A stretch of DNA of 64,000 nt from an uncultured virus (IMG/VR IMGVR_UViG_2695420475_000006) (taxonomy: Duplodnaviria; Heunggongvirae; Uroviricota; Caudoviricetes): IMG/VR virus record IMGVR_UViG_2695420475_000006. One strand, 5' to 3'. The notes below the pieces were generated by a model. It worked only from the letters and a program-made list of their open reading frames with translations, was not told the DNA's origin and ran no database searches. Position 1 is the first letter of the stretch, and every line of letters begins with the position of its first letter. A program made the translations under genes and the position numbers. Below are positions 10,305 through 18,661 of this stretch, one piece after another.

Positions 10305-11875
10305 TGAGCACACACATATCGCTGACCGACTTCTTCTGCGGTGCAGGCGGTTCCAGCACGGGCGCGATTCAGGTGCCGGGTGTATCGGTCCGGTGCGCGG
10401 CGAACCACTGGCAGCTGGCGGTGGATACGCACAATGCCAATCACCCGGACGCCGATCACTATTGCGCGGATCTGTCGCAGATCCACCCGAAGTACTTTCC
10501 TAAGACGACATTCGGTTGGTTCTCTCCCGAGTGCACGAACCACTCACAGGCCAAGGGCCAGAAGCGGATAGACGCCCAGCCCGATCTGTTTGGCGACACG
10601 CTGCCTGACGAAGCCGCAGAGCGCTCGCGGGCAACCATGTGGGATGTCGTGCGGTTCTCGGAGTATCACCGCTACGAGGTGGTGTTCGTCGAGAACGTCG
10701 TCGAGGCAGCCAAGTGGGCACCGTTCCAAGCATGGCTAGCCGCAATGGACAGCCTCGGCTACGACCACCGTCTCGTCATGCTGAATTCAATGCACGCCCA
10801 ACTGGGCGGGCCCGGAGCACCGCAGTCCCGTGACCGCCTGTACGTCGTGTTCTGGCGCCGTACGAACCGAGCCCCGGACCTTGAGCGGGTGGTCCGGCCT
10901 CGGGCGATCTGCCCCGACTGCGGGCCCGTCAACGCCATGCAGGTATTCAAGAAACCCGGCAACACCGTCGGTCGGTACCGCCAGCAGTACATGTACCGCT
11001 GCCCAAACGTCAAGTGCCGCAACCAGGTCGTAGAACCCGTCGTGCGTGCAGCCGAAGAGATTATCGACTGGTCACTGCTGGGTGAACGCCTCGGGGACAA
11101 GCCGATCAAGAAGTTCGTCGACAAGAAAACCGGCGAAGTGAGCTACGGGCCACTGGCACCCAAGACCATGGCCCGAGTACACGCTGGCATCGACCGGTAC
11201 TGGTTGCCGCTGCTGGTGCCCGTTGAAGGGCGCGAGGGTAAGGAGGCGCGGCCCGTTTCCGAGCCCGTACGGACGATGACGACCCGCAACGAAACGGGAC
11301 TGCTGGTGCCGTGCGGGGGCACCTGGCGCGAAGACGCCGCGCCGACTAGCGAGCCGTTCTCCACTCGCACCACCCGGGAAACCGACGGGCTGGCATTCAT
11401 CGCCGAACTACGTGGCGGCAGTAGCGACGCACGGCCCGTGGCGCACCCACTGGCCACCGTCACGGCCTCGGGTAATCATCACGCGCTCGTCACCACCTAC
11501 AACGGCAAGGGCCGCACCGTGACGGTCAACGAACCGCTATCGACGGTGACGACCCGCGATCGGCATGCGCTGCTGATGCGCAACAACACCCCGCGTGGCA
11601 ACCCAGCCCAGATGGTCACGCCTGTATCTGAACCGATGCGCACCTTGACCACCGAGGGACACCAGTCGTTGTTGAGCGCCGAGCGCCCCACGATCGATAT
11701 CGGTGATGTCCGATTCCGAATGCTGGAACCGCACGAGCAGAAGCGCGCCATGGACTTTCCGGCCGACTACGTGATCAAGGGTAATCGGCGCGAGCAGGCG
11801 CGCCAGGCTGGAAATGCTGTCACCCCGCCATCATCACGGGATCTGATCACTGTGGGAGTGGAGAGCCTGAGATGA
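10304..11875 (+). CDS. DNA (cytosine-5) methyltransferase
   Basis: DFFCGAGG motif I, SPEC catalytic motif, ENV, QSRDR, AGNAV. Confidence 0.92.
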   Translation: MSTHISLTDFFCGAGGSSTGAIQVPGVSVRCAANHWQLAVDTHNANHPDADHYCADLSQIHPKYFPKTTFGWFSPECTNHSQAKGQKRIDAQPDLFGDTLPDEAAERSRATMWDVVRFSEYHRYEVVFVENVVEAAKWAPFQAWLAAMDSLGYDHRLVMLNSMHAQLGGPGAPQSRDRLYVVFWRRTNRAPDLERVVRPRAICPDCGPVNAMQVFKKPGNTVGRYRQQYMYRCPNVKCRNQVVEPVVRAAEEIIDWSLLGERLGDKPIKKFVDKKTGEVSYGPLAPKTMARVHAGIDRYWLPLLVPVEGREGKEARPVSEPVRTMTTRNETGLLVPCGGTWREDAAPTSEPFSTRTTRETDGLAFIAELRGGSSDARPVAHPLATVTASGNHHALVTTYNGKGRTVTVNEPLSTVTTRDRHALLMRNNTPRGNPAQMVTPVSEPMRTLTTEGHQSLLSAERPTIDIGDVRFRMLEPHEQKRAMDFPADYVIKGNRREQARQAGNAVTPPSSRDLITVGVESLR

Positions 11876-11999
11876 CGGATAGCCCGATCTGCATCTGCGG
11901 CGATCACTTCTCGCAGCACGTCGGCGACGTCAATCCCCGGTCGGTTCTGTCGGATTGCCCCGGATTCGAAGCCGACCCGAAAGCGAACGGAGACAACCA

Positions 12000-12260
12000 A
12001 TGAGCGATCCCTTGTTCACTGCTGCCAAGCTGCTCGAATCACACGGCTACGCGGTTGTCGAGCTGCCGAAGCCGGTTGGGGTCAACGGGGCTGATAACGC
12101 CGTCTGGTCTCACCAGCCGCACTACATCGAGCAAGAATTCAACGGCGACCTGATCATTGACGACCGAATCAGCTTCGCCGCAGCCGACTTACATGCCCTT
12201 GCGGAGATATTCGCCGCAGCCGCGAAGCGTGCCGGACGGGTGAGTGATGGGCGCCCGTAA
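12000..12260 (+). CDS. Hypothetical phage protein
   Basis: GGAG RBS; GYAVVELPKP motif. Confidence 0.55.
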   Translation: MSDPLFTAAKLLESHGYAVVELPKPVGVNGADNAVWSHQPHYIEQEFNGDLIIDDRISFAAADLHALAEIFAAAAKRAGRVSDGRP

Positions 12261-12684
12261 GTACATCTACCGCGTGGTTGTCGACGAGTGGCCGACCGAG
12301 GACGGCATGCCCTTCATTGACCAAGACTGGCGCTGGTGGGAGCAGATCGTCGACTACTTCCATAATCCCGAGGGTGATGACCCGTTGCCCGCGTGGCTGC
12401 CCGATATCACCGGGTACCTGGAAGACCCGGGTGACGAATGGACGCCAGCGGGCTGGGGTAACAAGCCGCGATTCACCCGCCTTGTGTGCGAATCCGGAGA
12501 TGCGCCCGACTACCCGAATGGATATCGGGGCTACGACGACCAGCCTGTGATCGCCGTGCCGATCGCTCCTGCCCGCCGGTTCATGCAACGGGCCCAGCCG
12601 GACGCGGCGGCAAAACAGCTGCGCGAGTGGGGATGCAAAGCACACGTGGAACGCGCTGCCCTTGGTGACTGGGAGGCGGCCTGA
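12247..12684 (+). CDS. Hypothetical protein, allele A of gene shared by both elements
   Basis: Near-identical copies at 20691, 27115, 37819. Confidence 0.7.
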   Translation: MGARKYIYRVVVDEWPTEDGMPFIDQDWRWWEQIVDYFHNPEGDDPLPAWLPDITGYLEDPGDEWTPAGWGNKPRFTRLVCESGDAPDYPNGYRGYDDQPVIAVPIAPARRFMQRAQPDAAAKQLREWGCKAHVERAALGDWEAA

Positions 12685-13046
12685 TGCCCATACGTCCCGA
12701 GAACCGCGACCGTTACCCCAAGGACTGGCCCGAGATCTCGCGCCGCATCCGTTTTGAGCGCGCCCAAGGCCGCTGCGAGTGTGAGGGCGAGTGCCTGCGC
12801 GGTACTCACCTCGACCGCTGCCCGAATGTCAACGGGCAGCCCGCATACGGCACCGGCAGCCGCGTCGTGCTGACCGTGGCGCACCTGAACCACACCCCCG
12901 AGGACTGCCGCGACGAGAACCTGCGTGCGATGTGCCAGGGCTGCCACCTGAACTACGACCTAGAGCACCACGCGCAGACGCGCCAGCGAGCCCGCACGGC
13001 AGCTCTTGAGGCGCAGATGGATTCGATGTTCGAGGAGGTTTCGTGA
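12684..13046 (+). CDS. HNH-like endonuclease/Zn-finger protein
   Basis: RCECEGEC, LTVAHLNH..E...ENL..MCQGCH. Confidence 0.75.
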   Translation: MPIRPENRDRYPKDWPEISRRIRFERAQGRCECEGECLRGTHLDRCPNVNGQPAYGTGSRVVLTVAHLNHTPEDCRDENLRAMCQGCHLNYDLEHHAQTRQRARTAALEAQMDSMFEEVS

Positions 13047-13108
13047 GCTATAGACGAGCCTGCGTCGAGCGCGGGGGCGGTGTCGAGCCGGACGGCGTCT
13101 CGACCACC

Positions 13109-13687
13109 TCAGAACACGTGGTGACCCTTGCGAACTTCGGGAAGGTCCGATGGCGGAGGTGTTATGTCGGCCAACCGGAAGCGTCTGATCTGCTGCCGAG
13201 ATCGCACTCCCCAATCCTTCTTCTTGCGAGTTGGTGGTGGCCACCAACTGATTTGAATGCTCGCCTTATCCCACACGTCGAAGCTCTCTGCGTTGGCCGT
13301 GACGGATATAGAGTCCCCGGTTCGCAAAAGGGGAATTGGCTGATGGATCTCCAGTTGTCCGTGACCGGCAGCATTTTCCACAGAACCCGTCCACGGCTCC
13401 CGGCTCAGATGCTCTCCGGAGATGCGCACCTGATGTGCTGTTCCATCGCCAATGTTTTGAAAGATCACGGCTACTTTTGGTGCAGCAACCCTGTTGCCGA
13501 CGCCGTCTTGCCCGCCACGTCGGACGAGTCGAATCGACCACTCCGCCTCTGTCCGGTCCTGATACCGCCACCAGATCGCGGTGGCAGTGGATGCCGCGGT
13601 AGACAGGGCGGTCGCAATCGCGGCGGCAAGACCTACACCGCCCCAGAATCCGACGTCGTGAAGTTGCTCTGCGGCGATCGTGATCAT
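13109..13687 (-). CDS. Single-pass membrane protein (antisense moron)
   Basis: N-terminal hydrophobic helix GGVGLAAAIATALSTAASTATAIWW then soluble domain; start inferred. Confidence 0.65.
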   Translation of the reverse strand: MITIAAEQLHDVGFWGGVGLAAAIATALSTAASTATAIWWRYQDRTEAEWSIRLVRRGGQDGVGNRVAAPKVAVIFQNIGDGTAHQVRISGEHLSREPWTGSVENAAGHGQLEIHQPIPLLRTGDSISVTANAESFDVWDKASIQISWWPPPTRKKKDWGVRSRQQIRRFRLADITPPPSDLPEVRKGHHVF

Positions 13688-13924
13688 GGACGCAAAGGGT
13701 ACGTCTTCAGTCGGGTGTTCGTAGTGAATCGCGATGGCGCCCTTCACGCCGCCCTTAGCCTCCTCCTTCACCTTGGCGGTGTCTGTGAGTGAGTTGTTGC
13801 CCCGGGTGCTGTTCACGTATGCCGAATGCCGCGCGCTGGGCCGCTGCACGTACTGCGGTTGGCATCCACCCACGCAGGGCCACCACCCGAATTGCCCACG
13901 CCCACAGAAACGGAAGGGATGTCG

Positions 13925-14215
13925 ATGAGTCGGAACTGGCAGGCCCGCGCAGTGTGCAGGGACGAAGACCCCGAGCTGTTCTTCCCTGACCCGTCCGACA
14001 CTGTGACTGCGCGGCAAGCGCAGGCGGTGTGCGCGAAATGTCCTGTGAGATCGCGGTGCCGGGCCGCCGCCAGCGCGAGACGTGAACCGTACGGGATCTG
14101 GGGCGGCGTCAACCGCGAGCTGGACGCGGACAGGCGACGATCCGCCTTTTCACCCCCGACGAATGAAATCAGCACACCGCCCACCATCCCGACCACCGCA
14201 GAGGCAGCACAGTGA
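13925..14215 (+). CDS. whiB: WhiB-family transcription factor
   Basis: W..RAVC...DPELFFP, CAKCPV..RC, GIWGG. Confidence 0.92.
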   Translation: MSRNWQARAVCRDEDPELFFPDPSDTVTARQAQAVCAKCPVRSRCRAAASARREPYGIWGGVNRELDADRRRSAFSPPTNEISTPPTIPTTAEAAQ

Positions 14216-15345
14216 CGACCCGCGAGTACGCCAAAAACCTGTTCGCCCAATGGTCCGACGACGACTTCTGCAACCAACCGATCTTCGACAAGCTGTTCTT
14301 CCAGGTCCTCAACGGGCAGCGCGCCGTCAATGCCGCCGGCATCCAGCCGATCAACTTCACCCGCTGGCGCAAGGCCATGCGCGACGGCGACCACCTGCCC
14401 GCCGTGGGCGACCTGCAGGCCGCGCTGGTGCGCATGGAGCGCCGCGGCTTCGTGTTCACCGACGAGGACACGGGGGAGGTGCTGGTGCGTTCCCGGATCC
14501 GCCGCGACGAACTCGACAAGCAGCCCACCATGTTCCTGGCCGCGCTGCGCCTCCTGGCCGTCATCGACTCGCCCAAGTTCGCCGCCGTGCTCGCCGACGA
14601 GCTCGACCGTATGGACGTCCCGGAAGTGAAGGGGGACAAGGACTACGCCAAGCGTCTGCGCGACTCCCTCAACGACACCCATCGGGCGGCCCGTGCACAC
14701 CTCAAGACCCTGGCCGACGGATACCCGCAGCCGTTCCCAGAACCATTCGACGGACTCACCGAGGGACCCTCCCAGGGACCCACCCCTAGACCCTCTACAG
14801 GACCCTCCGAAGGACCCACCTCGGGAGGGTCTACGGGACCCACCCCGTCACCTGGGGAAACAGGACCCACCCCGGGACCCTCCCCGAGACCCACCCAGGG
14901 ACCCTCGGGTTCTGGTTCAGGTTCAGGTTCTCTCACCTTGGTAACTACTCAAGTGGGGGGTACGCGTGCGCGCGCACACGAGACCGCCGAACCCACGCCA
15001 GCACCAGACGAACCCCCCACACGATGCAAAGCCCACCGCGACAACCCCGACGCCATCGAGGACAACTGCGGCCCCTGCGCCAACTTCCGCAAGGCACACG
15101 AACGCTGGACCGAACACCAAACACGCGCCCAAGCCCAAGCCAGGGCCGACACCCTCCACCAAGCCGCCCAACTCCGCGCCCACGCCATCGCCACCTGCGA
15201 CCTATGCGACCCAGACGGCTACCTCCCCGGCACCAGCACCGTCTGCAACCACAACCCCACCCAAGCCGAAACCAACGCCCGCGGACGCCAACTCGTCCAC
15301 GCCGCACTCCGCAGCCGAACCCAGCAGGAGACCGACGATGCGTGA
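14212..15345 (+). CDS. Putative replication initiator (O/RepA-like)
   Basis: N-terminal W.DDDF wHTH-like region, central iteron-encoded Pro/Gly/Thr linker, C-terminal Cys/His motifs. Confidence 0.65.
   Translation: MTTREYAKNLFAQWSDDDFCNQPIFDKLFFQVLNGQRAVNAAGIQPINFTRWRKAMRDGDHLPAVGDLQAALVRMERRGFVFTDEDTGEVLVRSRIRRDELDKQPTMFLAALRLLAVIDSPKFAAVLADELDRMDVPEVKGDKDYAKRLRDSLNDTHRAARAHLKTLADGYPQPFPEPFDGLTEGPSQGPTPRPSTGPSEGPTSGGSTGPTPSPGETGPTPGPSPRPTQGPSGSGSGSGSLTLVTTQVGGTRARAHETAEPTPAPDEPPTRCKAHRDNPDAIEDNCGPCANFRKAHERWTEHQTRAQAQARADTLHQAAQLRAHAIATCDLCDPDGYLPGTSTVCNHNPTQAETNARGRQLVHAALRSRTQQETDDA
14765..14930 (+). repeat. Iteron-like array inside rep gene (candidate origin)
   Basis: GACCC at 14765,14777,14789,14801,14813,14837,14864,14876,14888,14900 then (GGTTCA)n. 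Confidence 0.75.
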
Positions 15346-15622
15346 CCCCTACGACCCCTGGGCCGACGAACGCACACAAGCCCAACCCGACCTCACCGAC
15401 ATCGCCCAAGCCGAAGCCATCCGCAACTGCCACCTCTGCGACACCCACGGCCACCGAGACGGACTCCCATGCCGCCACATCGACCACGCCGCAGCCGCCA
15501 AACGAGGACTCGCCACCATCCGCGCCCAAATGGGCTGGAACACCCCCACAGGCACAACAACCCAACAAACCAGCCAAAAACCGCCCCACGACGCCACCAG
15601 CAGCCAAAAAACACCCCTGTAA
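15338..15622 (+). CDS. Small Zn-finger protein
   Basis: CHLCD..G....LPCRH, similar to C-terminus of upstream Rep; CAGGAG RBS. Confidence 0.6.
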   Translation: MRDPYDPWADERTQAQPDLTDIAQAEAIRNCHLCDTHGHRDGLPCRHIDHAAAAKRGLATIRAQMGWNTPTGTTTQQTSQKPPHDATSSQKTPL

Positions 15623-15708
15623 CTCACCCCCACCACCCAAAAACCCCGAACCATCAACCACCCAGCCCAAACCCCAGCCAGCACCCCCAACAAAGAAAAT
15701 CCACCACC

Positions 15709-16197
15709 ATGCCGCCAGTCATGAACCGCCAAGGCTCAAACCAACGCGCCGAAAAAGCCTGGCAGCTCCACATCGCCGGCCGAACCTGGCGCGAAGTCGC
15801 CGAGGTCACGGGCTTCAAATCGCCCCAATCGGCCCAGAAAGCCGCCATGGCATGGCTCAAGAAGAATCCGCCGTCCACCCTCGAAATAGCGCGCCGCGCG
15901 AACGGTGACGGCATCCGCCAGGTTCGCGGAATGCTGATGGAGACCATGGCGAAGGCCAAGGCCAAGGGGGAGCACCGCACCGTTTCTGAGCTGGGCCGCG
16001 CGGTACTCGACAGCTACGAGAAGGAGGCGAAGCTGTGGGGTCTGTTCGTCGTTGTGCCTGAGGAGGTCAACGTGAACGTTACGACCGCCGTGGCGGTGCT
16101 GGAGCGAGCGGAGGCCGAGCTACTGGCACTGGCTGCGGCCGGCCAGCCCGCGATCTCGGCGCAGCCCGTCATCGACGCCGAGGTGGTCGAGCCGTGA
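15709..16197 (+). CDS. HTH protein, terminase small subunit-like
   Basis: RAEKAWQLHIAGRTWREVAEVTGF HTH and EAKLWGL motif typical of actinophage TerS-like proteins. Confidence 0.55.
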   Translation: MPPVMNRQGSNQRAEKAWQLHIAGRTWREVAEVTGFKSPQSAQKAAMAWLKKNPPSTLEIARRANGDGIRQVRGMLMETMAKAKAKGEHRTVSELGRAVLDSYEKEAKLWGLFVVVPEEVNVNVTTAVAVLERAEAELLALAAAGQPAISAQPVIDAEVVEP

Positions 16198-16538
16198 CCG
16201 CCCCGACCGAGCCCGTGCAGGATGCGATCAAGGCGGCGATGTTGGTCGCCAAGGATGTGGCTGAGGGACGGCTGGACCCGGCCGCGCTGGACGCCGCAGT
16301 GGTGGCCGAGTGCCGCGAGCTGTTCGCGTTCGTGTCCGGGCCCGGAGATCCGTTGTGGGACATCCACGTCGAGGTGGCCCGCCAGGTGCTCGCCCTCGAT
16401 GGCATCCCGGTCGACGAGCTGGCCGAGTGGCTGGCCGTGACCCGCCGGGCGCAGGGCGTCGAAGCGCCGGCCGATTCGTGGATGGCGCGCGTACTGGAGC
16501 AGCTGGCCGACGAGGACGACGAGGCCGAGCCAGTCTAA
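16194..16538 (+). CDS. Hypothetical protein
   Basis: GTGA overlap; AEGRLDPA...CRELF..V.GPGDPLW. Confidence 0.7.
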   Translation: MTAPTEPVQDAIKAAMLVAKDVAEGRLDPAALDAAVVAECRELFAFVSGPGDPLWDIHVEVARQVLALDGIPVDELAEWLAVTRRAQGVEAPADSWMARVLEQLADEDDEAEPV

Positions 16539-16678
16539 CTGGGGTATACCCGTGCCGGACCCTTTATCGATCCCAGATTCTTGCCCGCGAAATGCGCAGA
16601 TGGTCTCTAAAAAGGGTGGTTGACGGATTGTTAGACGGCGATCTAATGTGGTCTAGAACCTAATTAGAAAAGGAGGGG
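16533..16678 (+). promoter_or_regulatory. Putative res site and SigA-type promoter of the resolvase operon
   Basis: Repeated GTCTAA/TTAGAC-like half sites; TTGACG 16620-16625, 18 nt, TAATGT 16644-16649; AAGGAGG RBS. Confidence 0.55.
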
Positions 16679-16681
16679 TTC

Positions 16682-16951
16682 ATGACCACCATCGCGGATG
16701 ACCTTGCCGCCGACCTCGGCAGCGACTTCCAAGTCACCACCACCCCGCAGGGCTGGACCGAAGTGCGCGTCCGACCCGAACGCGCGATCGGCGACAAGCT
16801 CGACTTGGCCCGCATCGTCACCGCCGACAACACCTATCGCCTGATTCACCTGACCCACAACGAGGTCTGCAAAGGCGAGGCGACATTCGTCGGCTCGATG
16901 CTCGGGTTCCTGCCGGCCGTGGTGCGTGAGTTTTGCGAAGTGGTGTTCTGA
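16682..16951 (+). CDS. Hypothetical protein
   Basis: Strong AAGGAGG RBS. Confidence 0.7.
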   Translation: MTTIADDLAADLGSDFQVTTTPQGWTEVRVRPERAIGDKLDLARIVTADNTYRLIHLTHNEVCKGEATFVGSMLGFLPAVVREFCEVVF

Positions 16952-16953
16952 CC

Positions 16954-17319
16954 GTGGCTGACGGCGACAAGCTGCACGCCGCGATCGGCGCCCGCACTAC
17001 CGCGCAACTGCTGTCCTACCTGGCGCACCTGGAGACCATGACCGTCACGCCAGAGACGCGTCTGGTGGGTGCGTTGATCGCTGACACCATCACCGAGCGC
17101 GAGGGCATTGACGACGCGCTGGACGAGGTGTTCGCGGACCAGACGTTCAACGGCACCTATCTCGACGCGATCCGCGCCGCGCTGGCCGACCGGCGCGTCC
17201 GGCACCGGCGCACTGGCGCCGAGGGCATGTTGCTCAACGAGCGCGGCCGGCCCATCGCGATCGTCCACTGGGACAGCCAGCCGCTACCGACGTGGGCCGA
17301 CTGGTCCGACCTCGAATGA
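16954..17319 (+). CDS. Hypothetical protein
   Basis: ORF filling operon between 16951 and the resolvase. Confidence 0.6.
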   Translation: MADGDKLHAAIGARTTAQLLSYLAHLETMTVTPETRLVGALIADTITEREGIDDALDEVFADQTFNGTYLDAIRAALADRRVRHRRTGAEGMLLNERGRPIAIVHWDSQPLPTWADWSDLE

Positions 17320-17337
17320 CGAAGGGATGATGACCCG

Positions 17338-17916
17338 ATGAGCGACTCGAAGACGGGGCAGCAGGTCGGCTACGTGCGGGTGTCCACCCTCGACCAGAAC
17401 ACCGAACGCCAGCTCGACGGCATCGAGGTTGATAAGCGGTTCGAGGACAAGGCCAGTGGCAAGGACACTGCGCGGCCGGCGCTCACCGAGGCGCTCGGCT
17501 ACGTACGCGACGGCGACACCCTGGTGGTTCATTCCATGGATCGGCTTGCCCGCTCGCTGGAGGATCTACGGCGCACTGTGCGGGAGCTGACCGCTCGGGG
17601 GGTGCGGGTCCACTTCGTCAAGGAGAATCTGACGTTCACGGGCGACGATTCGCCGATGTCCACGCTGCTGCTGTCGATGTTGGGCGCGGTGGCTGAGTTC
17701 GAGCGGTCGATGATCCGGGAGCGCCAGCGTGAGGGCATCGAGCTCGCGAAGGCTAAGGGCGTCTATAAGGGCCGCAAGCCGGCGCTGACCGATGAGCAGA
17801 CCGTCGAGGTGTTGGAGCGGCTGGCCGGCGGCGAGCATCCAGCCGATTTAGCGCGCGAGTTTGGGGTGTCGCGTGCGACTGTCTACAACGTGCGGGCCCG
17901 TGCCTCAGAGGGCTAG
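17338..17916 (+). CDS. Small serine recombinase (resolvase/invertase)
   Basis: GYVRVSTLDQ catalytic Ser, DRLARS, C-terminal HTH LAREFGVSRATVY. Confidence 0.95.
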   Translation: MSDSKTGQQVGYVRVSTLDQNTERQLDGIEVDKRFEDKASGKDTARPALTEALGYVRDGDTLVVHSMDRLARSLEDLRRTVRELTARGVRVHFVKENLTFTGDDSPMSTLLLSMLGAVAEFERSMIRERQREGIELAKAKGVYKGRKPALTDEQTVEVLERLAGGEHPADLAREFGVSRATVYNVRARASEG

Positions 17917-18192
17917 TTCTGGGGGTGGTGTTGTGAAGAGGGCCGAGACGGTGTGCCAGCTGGAATATTCCTTGTGGCGACCAGGTGAGTGACCGTTAGC
18001 GCTCACCAACACCCATTGTCCGTGCGGGAGGAAGTAGGTCCGCCGGTCCCCGTCGCTCCAGATTCCAAGCACGCCGCCGGGCAGGAAGGCGTAAGCGTCT
18101 TCGTCAGAGAACTCTTCGAACGGTTCCGCACCGTCCTGGGGGTTGGGCGCAGCGAACGTTGAACCCACGGGGTATGTCACTCGGAAGCTCAT
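17905..18192 (-). CDS. Hypothetical protein
   Basis: 95-aa ORF convergent with resolvase. Confidence 0.55.
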   Translation of the reverse strand: MSFRVTYPVGSTFAAPNPQDGAEPFEEFSDEDAYAFLPGGVLGIWSDGDRRTYFLPHGQWVLVSANGHSPGRHKEYSSWHTVSALFTTPPPELAL

Positions 18193-18255
18193 GGTGCCGA
18201 ACCCTAGTTGCGACTGGCCTGGGTTGATCCGACACACCCCCCGCGCTTACCGGGG

Positions 18256-18359
18256 AAAAATTATTTTCTGGGCTACTGTCTCTTCCTGTCCCCAGCTAGT
18301 CAACAGGTTTGTCCACACGGGCGGTGGCTGTTGATCTGCTGTTTCTGGATTCATCCACA
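18256..18359. promoter_or_regulatory. DnaA-box-like cluster beside AT-rich tract
   Basis: CTGTCCCCA 18286, TAGTCAACA 18297, TTGTCCACA 18309, TCATCCACA 18351; AAAAATTATTTTC 18256-18268. Confidence 0.5.
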
Positions 18360-18435
18360 GTTTCGGCATCGAAAATCGGCCGCCGTGCGTGGTTCTTAGA
18401 TTCGGGTGTTTTTGCAGTATTTCTGCGCTTGCGGC

Positions 18436-18464
18436 GTGACCTGCGTTACTTACACCGATAAGAT
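18436..18464 (+). promoter_or_regulatory. SigA-type promoter
   Basis: GTGACC-N17-TAAGAT immediately before the structured element. Confidence 0.55.
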
Positions 18465-18470
18465 TTAGCT

Positions 18471-18625
18471 GCTTGGAAGGAGCCCCGGGCCGGAATGCCT
18501 GGGGGTCAGGCGTCACGGCCTGGGACCCCTAATCCCTGTTTGCGGCAGGATTTGAAGGTATCAGGATTGGTCACGACTCGCCAAAAAAGTCTGCGAGTCG
18601 TGGGCTGGTGCCGTCACTTCCAACG
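18471..18625 (+). ncRNA. Putative structured ncRNA or leader (multibranch)
   Basis: Closing stem TTGGAAG/CTTCCAA enclosing three short hairpins and one long arm; G-U pairs favour + strand. Confidence 0.55.
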
Positions 18626-18661
18626 TTTGCGTATGGCGAATGACCTGCGCAAAGGAAGGAA

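Noticed and set aside
13043..13792. 249-aa + strand ORF
   Set aside because: Likely shadow of the minus-strand membrane gene; composition is not protein-like, although its GTGA overlap with HNH means it is not fully excluded.
14765..14930. CRISPR array
   Set aside because: 12-bp period inside a coding frame, no unique spacers, no cas genes.
18471..18625. tRNA or tmRNA call for the structured element
   Set aside because: No T-loop GTTCRA, no cloverleaf of proper size, no CCA end or tag ORF.
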